A stretch of DNA of 53,162 nt from the IMG/VR virus record IMGVR_UViG_3300024323_000009, positions 1 through 53,162 of that record; one strand, written 5' to 3'. A program made the position numbers and the translations under genes. Of the stretch, positions 35,735 through 45,192 are shown piece by piece (the first letter of the stretch is position 1; every line of letters starts with the position of its first letter). The notes beneath the pieces were generated by a model. That model had not been told where the DNA came from. It saw only the letters and a list, made by a program, of their open reading frames with translations, and did not search any database. This DNA comes from a virus (lineage: Duplodnaviria > Caudoviricetes).

Positions 35735-38227
35735 TTAGTTCAATTTCAAAATCTCCATCTCTCCCCACGACGATTCACTCCACTTTGCCTCCGTCTTCAT
35801 ATAGAACTCTTCGCCGCGAGGGGATACTAACCGGCGATTCATATGCCTTGCTATCTCCTTAGCCATAGCCTCCTTGTGGGAAGGGTAACACTGCGCGAGG
35901 ATGCTATCATGGTTGTTCTGTAGGATGTCAAGACCGGCTTCTTCGAGCACCTTATCGCCGTCCATCAACCTCTCTTGTAGTTCGGTGATAGCATAGTTCG
36001 TGATTTGTCCAATAGTAGATTGCGGTGGGAAAGCGTAGTATTCCTTATACTTCGACTCTTCAATGATGCCAGTTATCACGCGAGGATGGCCGAATGCATT
36101 ACGAAGGATGCCGGTGCGTCGCACTTCCATCACTAGGTCACGCTGCCATTCTTGGATTTCGGGGAACAACCGTTGGCGAACGTCTATGATCTTCTGTGCT
36201 TCGACCATAGAGAGAGCGACGGCGCCACCACTCTTTACTAGAGTGTTAAGACGAAATGCTCTCGCCTTAGCATCATAGTTCAAGCTGTGGTTGCCTTGCT
36301 TCGCCATAAAGTAGTAGCGTCGTTCGGCTGGCCACTTATCTGACTCTTTGCAGCACTTGGCTATCTCTGGCCACTTACTCTCCTTTACTAACTCCCTAAC
36401 TGGTAATGCTCGATAGTGGTCTAGCTTATAGCCTAACTCGGCTTCAAACTGCTCCGCGAAGATGTGCATTGCTAGCCACGAATGAGGGTTGATACCACAC
36501 AAGAAGATGTCTCGGAACTGACCAGCGCGACACAAGTAGGCGACGTGTAACGCTTCTGCTCCAGCTTGGTCTAGTTGTAGCATACCCTTACCGTAATCCG
36601 GTGTTATCTCCTTCCTCAACTCTTCTTCCCAGTTCTGCAAGTTATCCCCCCACCGTCTGAGAAGCTTGCTTGAACCAAGTCGCATAGTAATAGTTTTGCC
36701 GAGACGCCAGCTAGTAGTAATCCGGGGAGTAGTTCCCTCTTTGGTGTAAAGACCAAAGTAATATCGAGGTTCTCCTTTTTTAGATTTAAGTCCAGCTTTG
36801 CTAATACGTTTCTGATTTCCTCTGTACTTAAGAATTGCATGGATAGCTGGCACGTCGTATTTGAGCAACAGTTGAAGGAGAGTCTTTTCGTTTGTAGGGT
36901 CTTCCGCTGGTTTGGGGATTTTGAAGGTGGTGTTGTCATATAAATACGCGCTGACTTGTTGCCAAGAGTTAGGGTTGAAATCGTAGCCTGTGATGATGTG
37001 GAGGATGCGTTTGATTTGGATGTTGAACCGCTCATGGTAATCTACTACTTTAGCGATGCGAGTGGTGTCGAGACGTATCCCTTGGAGGGTCATCGTGAGA
37101 TAAGGTATGACCATCCTATTAACCTGCTCCACACTCTCTACTGCTTTGAGCCGCACAGCAGTAGCATCTATCCCCTTCTTAATCTCGACGAGTGCTAGCA
37201 CGTCTTTGCCGTTATACTCGTAGAGTTGTTGGGCTTGTATGTGAGAGCGCGGCTCGAAGATGCCTTCGTTCTTATGGTAGGGGAGTGTGTCGCTATAGAG
37301 ACTTATACAGTGGCCCAAGGATTTTTCGACTTCGATATAACATCGGTTATGCGCCAGCATAGTGTCATAGACACGACGGCCAAGAGGAATACCATAACGC
37401 CACGCGAGCACAAAGAGGTCAAAACAAGCGTTATGAATAATTGCGGTATTATCCCGAAGAGCCACAGCCAAAGCTCGGAGCAATAGTGCGGTGTTGAGTT
37501 CACCATAATAATATGTGGGTTGAGGTTGTATGTGAGTTTGGAGCATTGGCACTACGTAGATATTCGCTCCTTCGTCTAGTGAGAAGCCGAAACACGTAAG
37601 CTGTAAGTTCGAGTCGGTTTCAATGTCAAAATAAAATTGTGTTCGCTTATTGGTGTATAGCAGGTGAAGGATAGTATTAAGGTCTGGGTAGTAATGGTAG
37701 GATGGACTGCTACGCTGTGATAACGCGCTAAGCAGTCTAACAGCTTTCCGTATATCCTGCCGCATCCAGAACCGCCAGTTCTTCCTCTGCGTCCTACCAT
37801 GCGTCGTTTTCCCTTCTGCTGTTTCAGCATCGTCTTTGTCATCATCTTCTTCGCCTTCTGACGAGAAGTAGTCATAGCGGTCGTTAGCGTCTTGTGGTGC
37901 ATATGTTGGTATAAGAGTGAGGTCGTTGTAGTGTAGGGGACACCCTCGGTATTCGTGGAGGTTAGCGCCGGGGAGCCATCTGCGGAGGGAGGCTTCACCC
38001 ATTAGCAATAAGACTTTAGTGTTAGGCAAGAATGGTTGTTGTACGTCACAGGTGCGTATCTCTACTGTTGCGCGGTGTATCATTGGGTTACCACCGGCGA
38101 GTAGGGAGGAGTCGAAGTATTGACCGGCGTTACCACTAATCAACTCCTTCTTGTCAAACCTCGACGGCTTGTCTAGTATCGCGGTGATGCCGGAGTAGGA
38201 GAACTTGGGATGGTGGGTAGTAATCAT
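35735..38227 (-). CDS. polA: Family A DNA polymerase with N-terminal UDG-like and 3'-5' exonuclease domains
   Basis: Exo motifs FDIET, HNACFD and YNGKD. Pol motifs A (DQAGAE), B (AKQGNHSLNY) and C (NHDS). N-terminus has GNAGQYF, LLLMGEAS and PTYAP. Confidence 0.9.
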   Translation of the reverse strand: MITTHHPKFSYSGITAILDKPSRFDKKELISGNAGQYFDSSLLAGGNPMIHRATVEIRTCDVQQPFLPNTKVLLLMGEASLRRWLPGANLHEYRGCPLHYNDLTLIPTYAPQDANDRYDYFSSEGEEDDDKDDAETAEGKTTHGRTQRKNWRFWMRQDIRKAVRLLSALSQRSSPSYHYYPDLNTILHLLYTNKRTQFYFDIETDSNLQLTCFGFSLDEGANIYVVPMLQTHIQPQPTYYYGELNTALLLRALAVALRDNTAIIHNACFDLFVLAWRYGIPLGRRVYDTMLAHNRCYIEVEKSLGHCISLYSDTLPYHKNEGIFEPRSHIQAQQLYEYNGKDVLALVEIKKGIDATAVRLKAVESVEQVNRMVIPYLTMTLQGIRLDTTRIAKVVDYHERFNIQIKRILHIITGYDFNPNSWQQVSAYLYDNTTFKIPKPAEDPTNEKTLLQLLLKYDVPAIHAILKYRGNQKRISKAGLKSKKGEPRYYFGLYTKEGTTPRITTSWRLGKTITMRLGSSKLLRRWGDNLQNWEEELRKEITPDYGKGMLQLDQAGAEALHVAYLCRAGQFRDIFLCGINPHSWLAMHIFAEQFEAELGYKLDHYRALPVRELVKESKWPEIAKCCKESDKWPAERRYYFMAKQGNHSLNYDAKARAFRLNTLVKSGGAVALSMVEAQKIIDVRQRLFPEIQEWQRDLVMEVRRTGILRNAFGHPRVITGIIEESKYKEYYAFPPQSTIGQITNYAITELQERLMDGDKVLEEAGLDILQNNHDSILAQCYPSHKEAMAKEIARHMNRRLVSPRGEEFYMKTEAKWSESSWGEMEILKLN

Positions 38228-38415
38228 CTAGCTCTCATAGTCCATTGACCATGACAGTCATAGCCTCGTTGCTGAATCATTGTTAGTAATTGCTTAAGCT
38301 TATTCTCCCACTGCGAAGTAGTCATCACTCCATGTTCAGGACCATCTATACACCAGTCTACTAGTTTGAATAGTTCTTCTAGTTCAGCAGTAGAGTATCG
38401 TTCTTTTTTGCCCAT
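38224..38415 (-). CDS. Small hypothetical protein
   Basis: 63-aa ORF with a 4-nt overlap onto polA. Confidence 0.55.
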   Translation of the reverse strand: MGKKERYSTAELEELFKLVDWCIDGPEHGVMTTSQWENKLKQLLTMIQQRGYDCHGQWTMRAR

Positions 38416-38510
38416 AAAAAGTGTCGCAGCATTTCGTATCGCAGTGCTGCTTACCGTCTGCGCTCACCACTAGCTTACGGCCCAAAACCTAGGGCTAGTA
38501 GTGGAGAGGG

Positions 38511-39035
38511 TTAATAGGCGACGTTCTCTGCCGGAATCGTGAACTCATCATTCGCACCTACGTATGCGGTGATGCGATAGTTGTTGTTGATGATGGGATG
38601 CCCTTCACCGTCAAGCATAGGCTGCTTTGTAACTTCGTCAATGTCAACCTTCGACTCGGTGTAGCTATGAGCATACACAGCTTTGCCGATGTAGTGGCGT
38701 AGTTGGGTAGGGTCTTCGATGTCCACTTTGTCGCCTCCGGGGTGCTTCACGCTTTGGTTGAGTGATTTGAAGCGGTTCTTGCTACGCTCCGAACCCGGCC
38801 CATCAAAGAACACGATGCAGTCTGTTGTCTGTAATCCGGCAATCTTCAACTCATGGTCGCCTACTTTGATGCTATCAGGCGCCGCGATTTCCTCGGTGAG
38901 CAAGACCATCTTGTTACCCGCCGCGCTAGTGCGAAACTCCGCATTCAAGATGCGCCATGTGAGTTTCGTCTTGGGGATAACAGGTTTGTTCTGAGGCTTA
39001 CCTGTTACGTCTGATGTGTCAATAACTGTTGCCAT
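38511..39035 (-). CDS. Putative single-stranded DNA-binding protein (DUF669-like)
   Basis: ILNAEFRTSAAGNKMV OB-like strand pattern and an acidic/aromatic C-terminus, near the Sak4-like ATPase. Confidence 0.55.
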   Translation of the reverse strand: MATVIDTSDVTGKPQNKPVIPKTKLTWRILNAEFRTSAAGNKMVLLTEEIAAPDSIKVGDHELKIAGLQTTDCIVFFDGPGSERSKNRFKSLNQSVKHPGGDKVDIEDPTQLRHYIGKAVYAHSYTESKVDIDEVTKQPMLDGEGHPIINNNYRITAYVGANDEFTIPAENVAY

Positions 39036-39117
39036 ATGTTTTGTTTGTTACTATGTTTTTGTTTTGTTTTACGTGTTACGTATTTTGCCATGTTATCGCT
39101 ATGGCGAGCGTCTGCCA

Positions 39118-39384
39118 CTAGGGACTAGTGGAAAGTGATGCTAATTCTTGCTCAATAATTCTAGCGTGGCAGGTTGGACTATCATATCCACAACCTGCAC
39201 AATAAAGTCTTGCTCCATTCTGTAGTTGTTCTTTAAGCCATTTGACTTTGTTAGGATGAACAACCATTACTCTTCTAAAGTGTTCTCTATATGACTCGCT
39301 AACAACCTTCTCACGTTTAGGATTGCCAAACAAACCACCAAATATACCACCAGAAGTTGAGCGACTTACATTTACTATGTTCAT
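39118..39384 (-). CDS. DUF4326-like protein
   Basis: FGNP and LYCAGC...CHARII motifs. Confidence 0.4.
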   Translation of the reverse strand: MNIVNVSRSTSGGIFGGLFGNPKREKVVSESYREHFRRVMVVHPNKVKWLKEQLQNGARLYCAGCGYDSPTCHARIIEQELASLSTSP

Positions 39385-39521
39385 TTCTTCTTACTACGTT
39401 GAGTGCTAGGAGTCCATCCAGTTTTGCGTAAGGTGCCATATACATAGGCATCCTGTCGTTCTTTGCTGGTGAACTTCTTCGCTGCTTCCTTCTTCAATTT
39501 ACGTTCGAGTTTGGTGGGCAT
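39381..39521 (-). CDS. 46-aa basic protein, not in the ORF track
   Basis: MPTKLERKLKKEAAKKFTSKERQDAYVYGTLRKTGWTPSTQRSKKK, with an ATGA overlap onto the next gene. Confidence 0.6.
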   Translation of the reverse strand: MPTKLERKLKKEAAKKFTSKERQDAYVYGTLRKTGWTPSTQRSKKK

Positions 39522-39525
39522 ATCG

Positions 39526-39759
39526 TCAATCTCCCTCCTTCGGTTGTAGTCCTAGCAAGCGTTGCTCTAGTCCCTGTAGCGCCGCATTCACTCCACGAAT
39601 ACTATACAGCGCACTTCTCACTGGCACTAGGTGTTCCGTTGCGTTAAGACCACGCTTATCACCATCTAGTATCACGCGAGGTAATGCTTGTAGGTGAGCT
39701 TCAGCACTCAATATGCCATCACGCGCCTTTGTTAGTAGTTGGATTTTACTCTCTGGCAT
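39526..39759 (-). CDS. Hypothetical protein
   Basis: 77-aa ORF in the operon. Confidence 0.55.
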   Translation of the reverse strand: MPESKIQLLTKARDGILSAEAHLQALPRVILDGDKRGLNATEHLVPVRSALYSIRGVNAALQGLEQRLLGLQPKEGD

Positions 39760-40045
39760 ACTCAGTAGTGGTTTGTTCTCGCTTCCACTCGAATGGAATA
39801 CGATTCACATTGTCCTCCGACTCGTTTAGTCGCACCACTATCTCGTCTATCATTGCGTCGGCAACGTCAGGAGTGGAGTTGGTGGGGATATTGAGTTCGC
39901 CCCGGATGGTGTAGCGGACGTTAGTCATAGCTTTGATAAAGACTTTCTTCTTATTGTTCAGTTCGGCTTTTATCTCTTTGTAAAGACAAGAGTTCTTATC
40001 TCTTAACACTAATCCTACAGAGTCAACAGCAGAGAATTTTGTCAT
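39746..40045 (-). CDS. Hypothetical protein
   Basis: 99-aa ORF in the operon. Confidence 0.55.
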   Translation of the reverse strand: MTKFSAVDSVGLVLRDKNSCLYKEIKAELNNKKKVFIKAMTNVRYTIRGELNIPTNSTPDVADAMIDEIVVRLNESEDNVNRIPFEWKREQTTTEYARE

Positions 40046-40047
40046 AG

Positions 40048-40332
40048 CTATTCTATCGGCCTAACATCTCTATCTCGCAACTCCATATTGATAGCGTTGC
40101 GGGAGTTCCAGATGTAGTTAGCTAAACAAGTTTTATTGCTCACTAATCCTGCCATTTCTTGTGATGTTTCTCCTTTATAGAGCCGGTAGTCAGCTTCCCA
40201 CCACAGCCATGATAGATACGATTCGGGAACGTCTTGCAGACATTCACCACTGTGCTTGCCAAACCATATTCGGTCTAGGTCTGTAAATGCTGGTTCGAGT
40301 TTGTTCTGTTGTCCTAATGCGTTTTGGCTCAT
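40048..40332 (-). CDS. DUF3820-like small protein
   Basis: WFGKHSGECLQDVPESYLSWL motif. The ATG at 40332 is preferred over the track start at 40533. Confidence 0.55.
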   Translation of the reverse strand: MSQNALGQQNKLEPAFTDLDRIWFGKHSGECLQDVPESYLSWLWWEADYRLYKGETSQEMAGLVSNKTCLANYIWNSRNAINMELRDRDVRPIE

Positions 40333-40538
40333 AGTAAAAGATGCCGTCTCTCCGGCTGCCAAGCTTTTTGATACTAGGGTTACTTCATCCCTATATGCGC
40401 CACTAGCACACCACCGCGAACAACACCGAACGGTAGCAGAGGGCGCAATCCCCCGCCCACAAGTCCTCGGTAACATATACTTAACATCGTCGAGAGGTGT
40501 ATAGCCATAAGGATGAGAATGGGGATGGTTCACTCCAC

Positions 40539-40787
40539 CTAGGTCGAACTAGGAACTGATGGAGTAAAGTTATGGATGATGCCGAGTGCAAAGCGACGGC
40601 GATGTTGGCACTCTTTGCCTTCTCGCCTAGCTCTAGCTACTGACTCACGATAAAAGTCACGGCGACTAGCTACCTTTGGAGTGAGTGTGAAGATAGCACT
40701 AGCTGGATACGCCTTTGCAGGTGGCTGAATAGTGGGGTTATACTTGTTATCCGGTTTCGCTGGTGGTTGTTCTTTAGTATCGTTCAT
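40539..40787 (-). CDS. Hypothetical protein
   Basis: 82-aa ORF overlapping the stop of the ATPase gene. Confidence 0.5.
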   Translation of the reverse strand: MNDTKEQPPAKPDNKYNPTIQPPAKAYPASAIFTLTPKVASRRDFYRESVARARREGKECQHRRRFALGIIHNFTPSVPSST

Positions 40788-41461
40788 GTTGTTTTTGGTT
40801 CACCATTATAGTAACTCTTCGCTCTTGCAATCACTGCTGCTAAATCGTTCGGCACTAGTTGGTCAGTGAACATTTCTAGTGGAGTCTTCGCTGTCGTCGA
40901 ACCGTCCGTGTTCGTCTGAAACCAATACTCCATAGCTCCGGCTTTATTGCGTCGGGGTTCAGTGAACAACACCAGTAAGAACTCCTTCTCAATCTTGCCG
41001 CGTTGTTCCTTGCCATCTACTGCCATCATTCGCTTATTCGTAGTTGAGCCATCCACATTCACTAGTTCTACTATGTCGTCTATGCTAGTGACTGCTACGG
41101 CACACTTATCATTTTTGTATTGGTTGAGAGTAGCTTGGACCATCTTCGAGTATTGTCCGTAAATCTCAAATCCCTTGTAGCACTTTTGGCATAGCTCTTT
41201 GATCTGCTCGAAACGTTTAGTGAGTGAGTCTACTACAATCAACTCTACGTTAGGTGTCTTGAGTGCGAGTTGGAACTGTGAATCATGCTCGGCAGGATTA
41301 GCAAAGGGAAGGATTCGGAACTTATTTGAGCCACGAAAGGGGAACCCCTTACGTTCGCCGTCTAGTATCACAGTTGTATCAGGATTAAGATTTCGTAGCG
41401 AGGTACTCTTCCCAGACCCCGATGGTCCTACAATCGCGATTAGTGCCTTGTGTTCGGACAT
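40784..41461 (-). CDS. AAA_24 / Sak4-like recombination ATPase
   Basis: GPSGSGKST, ILDGERKG, IVVDSLT and AKTP motifs. Confidence 0.75.
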   Translation of the reverse strand: MSEHKALIAIVGPSGSGKSTSLRNLNPDTTVILDGERKGFPFRGSNKFRILPFANPAEHDSQFQLALKTPNVELIVVDSLTKRFEQIKELCQKCYKGFEIYGQYSKMVQATLNQYKNDKCAVAVTSIDDIVELVNVDGSTTNKRMMAVDGKEQRGKIEKEFLLVLFTEPRRNKAGAMEYWFQTNTDGSTTAKTPLEMFTDQLVPNDLAAVIARAKSYYNGEPKTT

Positions 41462-41512
41462 AGCTAGTAGATAGTGATGGTGTTGTTACTGTTTAACTGA
41501 GTGAAAACATAG

Positions 41513-41528
41513 AGCATTTTCTATGCCA
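41513..41528 (-). promoter_or_regulatory. sigma54 promoter D, upstream of the Sak4-like/SSB/polymerase genes
   Basis: Minus strand TGGCATAGAAAATGCT in a 71-bp intergenic gap. Confidence 0.85.
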
Positions 41529-41532
41529 ACTT

Positions 41533-41781
41533 TTAGAGCAATGCTACACGCATCGGTTTGATAGTGTCAATTCGCCGTTCAGCACGATTGAGGATGCCGA
41601 GTATTCTATCAGCTTCACGTGTGGAAAGATATGGAGTGCGACAGACGAAAGCTTTAGCGCCGCGTAACCGTAGTTTGTGCCAGTTGCGGACAGCAGCGGC
41701 GCGGGAGAGTGGTGATTGGTCGTGGCCGGGATGCTTAGGAGTGTTCATCCCGTGTGCGTATTTATAGTTGGTGTTTTTCAT
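41533..41781 (-). CDS. Basic hypothetical protein
   Basis: 82-aa ORF. Confidence 0.55.
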   Translation of the reverse strand: MKNTNYKYAHGMNTPKHPGHDQSPLSRAAAVRNWHKLRLRGAKAFVCRTPYLSTREADRILGILNRAERRIDTIKPMRVALL

Positions 41782-42722
41782 GTTTGGAATTGGAGGGGAT
41801 CATACTTCTTGCTCACAAAATTACTACTCGCAATCGCCGCTCTACTATCAGCATCGAGGCATCTACACATAGGGACAAACTCGCACATACCATACTCGGC
41901 AGAGCAGCAGGTGAAGTTGGGAGGGAACAACTCGGCGGGGTCTTCGCCGGGTTTCGATGCTAGCACTGACTCGAACCGCGATATGATTTCCTTCGCTTTC
42001 CCTATCAGTGCGTTTTTGTGGTGTCGCAACTGCCACTCAGTAGGCTCTATTAAGTCGCTGCGTTGGAACACATTCTTATTAGTGCGGTTGAGGAAGATGC
42101 CGTTCAACATCACGCCGATGGGTGGCTCCGTAGGAAATAGGAGAGAGTTGATAGTAGCGTATGTCAGGAGTTGCGCCGAGGGGTCCGCCTTAGCTAGATA
42201 GCCAGTGGGGTTCTGAGACATGCTAGTGGTCTTGTGGTCGCAGATAACGTGCCGATTCATACACTCACCTTTGAGGTCTATGGTGCCACAGAGGAGTAGC
42301 TCGGTGGTGTCGGTGCGATAGAATGGGTAAGCGAAGTTCTTCTCTACTAGATACTCGGTGCCGATACGTCCAGCGACGAGAGTATCCCCACTACCATAGT
42401 GCTCAAAGTACTGCATCAGACAGTTCACTAGATGGGCTAGGGAGCGCCAGTCGGAGGTGGGAACTGTCACAGGAGCATAGTGAGCGACTGCTAACGCAAT
42501 ACACTGTTCGGGGTTATGATTCCCACGATACCAATGTGCTAACGCTTTGTGGAACGCCGTACCATATTCCATCTTGAAGTCTTTATGTTCAGTAGTGAGT
42601 CCTAGGAACAACCTATTCCAGACATACATATAGCAGTTAGACTTGGAGTGGAGAGAGGCGTCGTAGCGGAGGATATACCTGCCTGTCTCTTTATCCTGTT
42701 CGATGGGGAGTTGTAGTGTCAT
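41778..42722 (-). CDS. PD-(D/E)xK (Cas4/RecB-like) exonuclease
   Basis: GTAFHKAL, VEKNF, GTIDL, ICDHKTT and QLLTY motifs, plus a C-terminal Cys cluster. Confidence 0.8.
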   Translation of the reverse strand: MTLQLPIEQDKETGRYILRYDASLHSKSNCYMYVWNRLFLGLTTEHKDFKMEYGTAFHKALAHWYRGNHNPEQCIALAVAHYAPVTVPTSDWRSLAHLVNCLMQYFEHYGSGDTLVAGRIGTEYLVEKNFAYPFYRTDTTELLLCGTIDLKGECMNRHVICDHKTTSMSQNPTGYLAKADPSAQLLTYATINSLLFPTEPPIGVMLNGIFLNRTNKNVFQRSDLIEPTEWQLRHHKNALIGKAKEIISRFESVLASKPGEDPAELFPPNFTCCSAEYGMCEFVPMCRCLDADSRAAIASSNFVSKKYDPLQFQT

Positions 42723-42943
42723 ATAATAGAAGCGTCTTTCATTCTATCTCTAGCCCACTCTGCTCTAGCTACGAAATACTCGCCTACAAACTCCATGATA
42801 CGACTCTGTAGTTTGTCGTTATCATACATATCGAAGCCACAGTGTTCACAGTGGCAGTCAGGATAGTAGTCAGAGGGTGACTCTATCACTATATCTATGT
42901 CAGTATCCTTGTGACAGTTAGTGCATTCAAATGGCATTGTCAT
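42719..42943 (-). CDS. Zinc-ribbon protein
   Basis: CTNC...CEHC. Confidence 0.6.
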   Translation of the reverse strand: MTMPFECTNCHKDTDIDIVIESPSDYYPDCHCEHCGFDMYDNDKLQSRIMEFVGEYFVARAEWARDRMKDASII

Positions 42944-43263
42944 ATCTTCTTTATCTCTTTCGGTAGTTCCACATTCGTTATTCCATGTCTCGCCTTGAGG
43001 CGTTCTAGTTCTAGTAGCCAGTCGCTAGCGGTCTTAGGACTACTCTTACCACTAGCTTTAGTCTTCGGCTCTTTAGGTTCCTTTGGCTCTTCTTTCTCCT
43101 TCAACTCGACTACTCGGATATACGGAGCGCAGTGTTGGAGTAGTTCCTCTTGAGTCATCCGCTCCAGCACCTCCACAGGGTCATCGGTGGTGTTGAAGCC
43201 GAGGAGTTGTTTGATGGTCATTTTAGAATATCTTAAATCCACCACAGTTACGTAGGAACACAA
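42940..43263 (-). CDS. Hypothetical protein (start probably at MTIKQLL)
   Basis: ORF in the operon. Confidence 0.55.
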   Translation of the reverse strand: MCSYVTVVDLRYSKMTIKQLLGFNTTDDPVEVLERMTQEELLQHCAPYIRVVELKEKEEPKEPKEPKTKASGKSSPKTASDWLLELERLKARHGITNVELPKEIKKI

Positions 43264-43621
43264 CGAACTCTTTGATATGATCTAAGCTGACTGAATAAGC
43301 TGATTCAGTTTCGCCTTTGTAGTCAGATGAAGCAAACACTCCTGTTCCTTTTTTTACTCTACAGGTAGGATGCTCTAACACAAACTGCTTTGCAGTCATT
43401 GCTTTATGTTTCTCGATAGCATCTGCCAGCTTGTTGCAGTCCTCCTGAGTAGTGAGTCCTTCACCATCGTTGCTATCCCACCATTTAGTAGATAGTCCTA
43501 AGCTGTGTTCTTCGATTACTTCTCGGCAAATCTGTAGCATGGGTCGCCATGACCACACATTGAATCTAATATATTTGCCATCTTCGTTTGCCGGATTACG
43601 ACCTTCAATGTCCATTCCCAT
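43223..43621 (-). CDS. Phage hypothetical protein
   Basis: MGMD...RFNVWSWRP...EFVVFLRNCGGFKIF, resembling a recurring phage protein pattern. Confidence 0.65.
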   Translation of the reverse strand: MGMDIEGRNPANEDGKYIRFNVWSWRPMLQICREVIEEHSLGLSTKWWDSNDGEGLTTQEDCNKLADAIEKHKAMTAKQFVLEHPTCRVKKGTGVFASSDYKGETESAYSVSLDHIKEFVVFLRNCGGFKIF

Positions 43622-43648
43622 ATAGTGTTGTTCTTTCTAGTGTTGCCG

Positions 43649-44032
43649 TTAATTGCCAAACAGGTTGTCGCGCTTCGGAGCCTCGAAGGGACTAGGAGTA
43701 GGAGTCGTCGGCTCTCCACTACTCTTTATCTCTTCCATCACTTTATCGAACATCTTCATCATCTCAACAGCGTTCTTCATACCAGCCATCGCATGTTGGA
43801 CACGTACTTCACTGATCTGTCTGAGTAACCAGTCTGCGACTACAGCTACTAATGTCCTGGTAGAGCACTTTGCTACTTCTTCCTTGATAATCTCTGTGAA
43901 CTCTTTGCGTCCTCTCTCGAAGTTCTCTACTGAGAAGCCACCCTTTATTACTTCGGCTTCAGCGAGTTTTAGACGTGGAGCGATACGATTAATTGCGCTA
44001 GCTAACTCTTTGATTTGTTGTTCTTTTGTCAT
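43649..44032 (-). CDS. Hypothetical protein
   Basis: 127-aa helical ORF. Confidence 0.6.
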   Translation of the reverse strand: MTKEQQIKELASAINRIAPRLKLAEAEVIKGGFSVENFERGRKEFTEIIKEEVAKCSTRTLVAVVADWLLRQISEVRVQHAMAGMKNAVEMMKMFDKVMEEIKSSGEPTTPTPSPFEAPKRDNLFGN

Positions 44033-44062
44033 ACTATACTATTGTGTTTGTTGTTTGTGTTG

Positions 44063-44674
44063 TTATCTCATTACTCTCACATAAGTCTGTTGTATATCTG
44101 CCTCTACTCCCTCGATACCCGCAAACAGTTGGACTAGCCACTCCTTATCGGCGTCGGAGATAGGAATGCCATTTGCGTATAGCTTCCGACTATCCCATAT
44201 CTCTTCCGACTGTGCGACTTGTAACCACTCCTGCAATGCATCTTTCCAGTTAGCTTCGGGTCTGGAAGCATCAACTACGTTAGTCACTGAGCTAGCTAGT
44301 ATCGCAGACATAGTGTTCTTGAAGTAGAGGATGATACCGATAGCTTCTCCCTCAGCGTTCCACTCTTTGCTAATACCTATTTGCTGTCTGAACTGTAAAT
44401 AGCGTCCGGGTTGTGGGTCGAACTCGCTCAACCAGCGGAGGGCGTCGTTAGCTTTGATATACAACGTGCTAGCGGAATAGCCAGAGAGTTGACAGCTAAC
44501 CTTCTTCGTCTGCCTATCTGCTATCATTCCATCAAAGATCGGCTTCCACGCAGCCGCGTTCTCAGGAGTGAACGATGGACGATGCTTCGCTATAGTCCCT
44601 TTCGGTCTGCGGGTGTTAGCTAGCACCGGCGCTGCCACACTAATCGCTTCGAGAGGGGGATTATCGTTGGGCAT
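44063..44674 (-). CDS. Hypothetical protein
   Basis: 203-aa ORF. Confidence 0.7.
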   Translation of the reverse strand: MPNDNPPLEAISVAAPVLANTRRPKGTIAKHRPSFTPENAAAWKPIFDGMIADRQTKKVSCQLSGYSASTLYIKANDALRWLSEFDPQPGRYLQFRQQIGISKEWNAEGEAIGIILYFKNTMSAILASSVTNVVDASRPEANWKDALQEWLQVAQSEEIWDSRKLYANGIPISDADKEWLVQLFAGIEGVEADIQQTYVRVMR

Positions 44675-44679
44675 AAACG

Positions 44680-44928
44680 CTATCGAGAGAGTTGGTGTTT
44701 ATTGGCATAGCAAAAATTAAAGAGTGACAACAGTAGGGCTTCATACCTTGCGACTCGGCTCAATCCCCGATATGTTGCATACTTAGTAACCATCTCTATG
44801 CTCACTAGTGAATCACTTGGCATAGATACTCTCCTGTTCTGCGGTCGCTTCGGCGTCGGGGCTAGCACGCCGGATACTGGTTCTAACAACAACCACGCGA
44901 AGGCTATTGCTGATTCCGATTTTATCAT
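44680..44928 (-). CDS. Hypothetical protein
   Basis: 82-aa ORF with weak support. Confidence 0.4.
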   Translation of the reverse strand: MIKSESAIAFAWLLLEPVSGVLAPTPKRPQNRRVSMPSDSLVSIEMVTKYATYRGLSRVARYEALLLSLFNFCYANKHQLSR

Positions 44929-45192
44929 CTACTGTTGTCACAAAATTATTCCCACAGTCCAACAACTAGGCTCTAGGTACGACTGGCAGAACTACACTAA
45001 ACGAGCCGTCACACACATTGTCAGTTAGCGATGATGCTGTGGGAGCCATCATATGTTTGAAATGTTTAGTGTAGGAAAGAGAAAGTCCTCACCACTACTC
45101 CCAACTCTACGTTGCTTTCGTGGTGAGGTTCCACAACCTTCCTCTATTGAAATTGAAGGATAACGATAGAGGCGTTGTGTTGATTGTTGCGA

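Noticed and set aside
39703-39718. Minus-strand TGGCATATTGAGTGCT, a possible sixth sigma54 promoter upstream of the SSB gene
   Set aside because: It fits the pattern and orientation but lies inside a coding region. It cannot be told from chance without start-site data.
41778-42722. Cas4-like nuclease as evidence of a CRISPR system
   Set aside because: No repeat-spacer array or other cas genes were seen. Context with Sak4-like ATPase and SSB indicates recombination.
44702-44720. TTGGCATAGCAAAAATT resembling the -24 box of promoters B and D
   Set aside because: No GC at -12, and it is antisense to the local genes.
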